DNA of 29,260 nt from the NCBI GenBank assembly GCA_964482525.1, contig CAYZXV010000001.1, forward strand, positions 1 to 29,260, given 5' to 3'. Position numbers and translations under genes: made by a program. Shown here piece after piece: positions 27,173 to 29,260 of the stretch. Source of the stretch: an uncultured Rhodospirillaceae bacterium (GTDB taxonomy: Bacteria > Pseudomonadota > Alphaproteobacteria > UBA9219). The stretch's first letter is position 1. Every line of letters starts with the position of its first letter. A model generated the notes under the pieces. The model had not been told where the DNA came from, did not search any database, and saw only the letters and a program-made list of their open reading frames with translations.

Positions 27173-28044
27173 CAAAAAAAGCCATTATTCTGGCTGGAGG
27201 CAGCGGTACACGCCTTTATCCGGCAACGCGGGCAATTAGTAAGCAGTTGATGCCGGTTTACGACAAACCGATGATCTATTATCCGCTTAGCACATTGATG
27301 CTTGCGGGCATAACAGACATATTGCTTATCAGCACACCGCGAGATTTGCCCATGTTTCAAACTCTGCTCGGCGACGGATCGCGGTGGGGTATAAATCTTT
27401 CCTATGAGGAACAGGCTGCCCCAAACGGATTAGCCGAAGCATTTATTATTGGGCGTGAATTTATTGGCCTAGATAAAGTCGCCATGATTCTTGGGGACAA
27501 TCTGTTTTATGGCCAGGGGCTCGAACTTTTATTGCAGAAGGCTGCGCAGCAAGAAAATGGCGCAACAGTCTTTGCCTATCGAGTCGCAAACCCAGAACAA
27601 TATGGGGTAATCCAGTATGATAAAAACAATCGGCCCATAGATGTAATTGAAAAACCGACGCGCCCCCCCTCGTCTTGGGCTGTAACCGGATTATATTTTT
27701 ATGACAATTGCGTGGTGGATATCGCGCGCGCGCTAAAGCCATCTTTAAGGGGAGAGATCGAGATCACGGATGTCAACCGCGCTTATTTGCTTGATGGACG
27801 CATGGAAGCAATTCGATTCGGCCGAGGTTTTGCCTGGCTTGACACAGGCACACACGACTCGCTGGCTAGTGCAACGGAGTTCGTTAGATTGATTGAGGCG
27901 AGACAAAACATCAAAATCGGGTGTCCAGAGGAAATAGCCTATCGCCGAGGGCTTATTAGTGCTGAGTCTGTTCTTGGAATTGCTGCTGAGTCAGGAAAAA
28001 CGCCGTATGCTAGTTATCTGAAACGACTTGTTGAAAGTGAGTGA
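27163..28044 (+). CDS. rfbA: Glucose-1-phosphate thymidylyltransferase
   Basis: [39 protein letters not shown] and WLDTGT motifs. Confidence 0.98.
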   Translation: MPVTKKAIILAGGSGTRLYPATRAISKQLMPVYDKPMIYYPLSTLMLAGITDILLISTPRDLPMFQTLLGDGSRWGINLSYEEQAAPNGLAEAFIIGREFIGLDKVAMILGDNLFYGQGLELLLQKAAQQENGATVFAYRVANPEQYGVIQYDKNNRPIDVIEKPTRPPSSWAVTGLYFYDNCVVDIARALKPSLRGEIEITDVNRAYLLDGRMEAIRFGRGFAWLDTGTHDSLASATEFVRLIEARQNIKIGCPEEIAYRRGLISAESVLGIAAESGKTPYASYLKRLVESE

Positions 28045-28047
28045 ACC

Positions 28048-28788
28048 ATGCTTCCTATGCAGGAAAAGGAGTTCCAACTTCCTACGCCAGACGGAAAAGT
28101 CATTTACGGCGTATTAACTAAGTCGCCCATGGATACAAACAAGGTGCTTGTTTTGGCGCATGGGCTGTGCGGACATATAGCCGAGCATATGCATATGGAG
28201 GCCAAAAGATTCTTTTCAAACAATGGATATGATGTTGTTCGTTTCGGTTTTTATGCATCGCCAGAGGACGCGCGCAAGCTCGAAGAAACCACACTCTCTA
28301 TCCATGCGGCGGATCTCAATCTTGTTTGCGACCACTTTCGTCCTTTGTATCAGAAGATGTTTGTTGCAGGTCATTCTTATGGTGGGTTGGCTTTGCTCAT
28401 AGCGAATCCACAAGCAACGGCGTTTAGTTTCTGGGATGCGTCATTTACACCGTATAAAGGATTTTGGCAGAAGGAGGCCAAGAAACTTTCTGGTACCTCG
28501 TATTATACGCTTGGATGGGGAGCCCTGACTCTTATTGGAGAGGCCATGTATGAGGAAGGGCGCCAGATGGACGCGCTTGCGGACGGTTACGCAAGAAAAG
28601 TCACAGTGCCTTCGCTTGTTGTTCTGGCTGGAGATAATAGCGAGAATCCAGAGCGTACAGTTCTTTACGAAGCGTTGCGGTGTTCAAAGATGCTTGAAGA
28701 TATAGATCGAGCAGATCACAATTTTACCAAAAATGACACGCTTGCCATCATGTTTAGGAAAGTGCTTGCGTGGTTTGAACAGGTGTAG
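28048..28788 (+). CDS. Alpha/beta-fold serine hydrolase
   Basis: LAHG oxyanion region, nucleophile elbow GHSYGG and C-terminal ADHNF histidine motif. Confidence 0.87.
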   Translation: MLPMQEKEFQLPTPDGKVIYGVLTKSPMDTNKVLVLAHGLCGHIAEHMHMEAKRFFSNNGYDVVRFGFYASPEDARKLEETTLSIHAADLNLVCDHFRPLYQKMFVAGHSYGGLALLIANPQATAFSFWDASFTPYKGFWQKEAKKLSGTSYYTLGWGALTLIGEAMYEEGRQMDALADGYARKVTVPSLVVLAGDNSENPERTVLYEALRCSKMLEDIDRADHNFTKNDTLAIMFRKVLAWFEQV

Positions 28789-28793
28789 AGCCT

Positions 28794-29260
28794 ATGGCGG
28801 CGTTGCTCTTAGTTTTTATCATTTCCAGCATAGTTGGTGGCGTTCTCACCCATATCGTGCGCCAGCAGCTGCTGGCTCGCGCGATCTTGGATGTGCCGAA
28901 TGAGCGGAGCATGCATCAACAACCAACCCCGCGAGGTGGAGGTCTTGCGGTTATGGCGGTTGTTTGCGGTGGTATTCTTTTTCTTGTTCCCAATCTGTTT
29001 CTGTTTTTAGGACTCTTGTTGTTAATTACGGTTTCTTGGGCTGATGACAAAAAAGGCCTTCGCCCAAGCCTGCGACTGTGTGTTCATTTGTTGGCAGCGT
29101 TTTTGGGGAGTCTATCGTTTGGCGAAGGCGCCGTTGTTTTTGGCGGTCTGCTGCCTTTTGGTGTAGACCGTTTCGTTTTAATTATCGGTTGGGCTTGGTT
29201 TATGAACCTATATAATTTTATGGATGGGATTGATGGAATCACGGGAACGCAGACCGTTAC
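28794..29260 (+). CDS. MraY/WecA-family polyprenyl-phosphate sugar-1-phosphate transferase, 5' part; truncated by the window end and absent from the ORF track
   Basis: My translation from ATG 28794 gives MAALLLVFII...DVPNERSMHQQPTPRGGG...WADD...NLYNFMDGIDGITG, which are family signature motifs. Confidence 0.92.
   Translation, partial: MAALLLVFIISSIVGGVLTHIVRQQLLARAILDVPNERSMHQQPTPRGGGLAVMAVVCGGILFLVPNLFLFLGLLLLITVSWADDKKGLRPSLRLCVHLLAAFLGSLSFGEGAVVFGGLLPFGVDRFVLIIGWAWFMNLYNFMDGIDGITGTQTV

Noticed and set aside
1-29260. CRISPR arrays, tRNA/rRNA genes, IS elements, inteins in SecA
   Set aside because: Intergenic gaps are short with no spaced repeats, cloverleafs or terminal inverted repeats seen by eye; no transposase ORF; SecA is of normal length.

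Overview
Mostly housekeeping chromosomal DNA from what is probably an alphaproteobacterium (inferred from the SecA N- and C-terminal motifs, the Caulobacter-type cpa/tad cluster and the aroB / exported-protein / xerD arrangement). In order: the end of a compact his operon (hisA partial, hisF, fused hisIE) that looks enterobacterial in type; a zinc-dependent nucleoside/cytosine deaminase and a GT4 glycosyltransferase (minus strand); a small FlaG-like gene with its own promoter and terminator; aroB; an exported 645-aa protein, xerD and a histidine phosphatase; a Tad pilus cluster (cpaABCDEF-tadBC) with no pilin gene; secA; a 725-aa protein that appears to fuse a Ham1/ITPase domain to a degenerate and an intact LOG/SLOG domain; a chemoreceptor with no sensor domain; a GT2; the dTDP-L-rhamnose operon rfbCBDA; an alpha/beta hydrolase; and a truncated MraY/WecA-family gene. 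The most notable items are the Ham1-LOG fusion, a duplicated N-terminal domain in the CpaF ATPase, and the foreign-looking his genes. I saw no rRNA, tRNA, CRISPR array or IS element. All family calls come from motif recognition by eye; no database searches were run.
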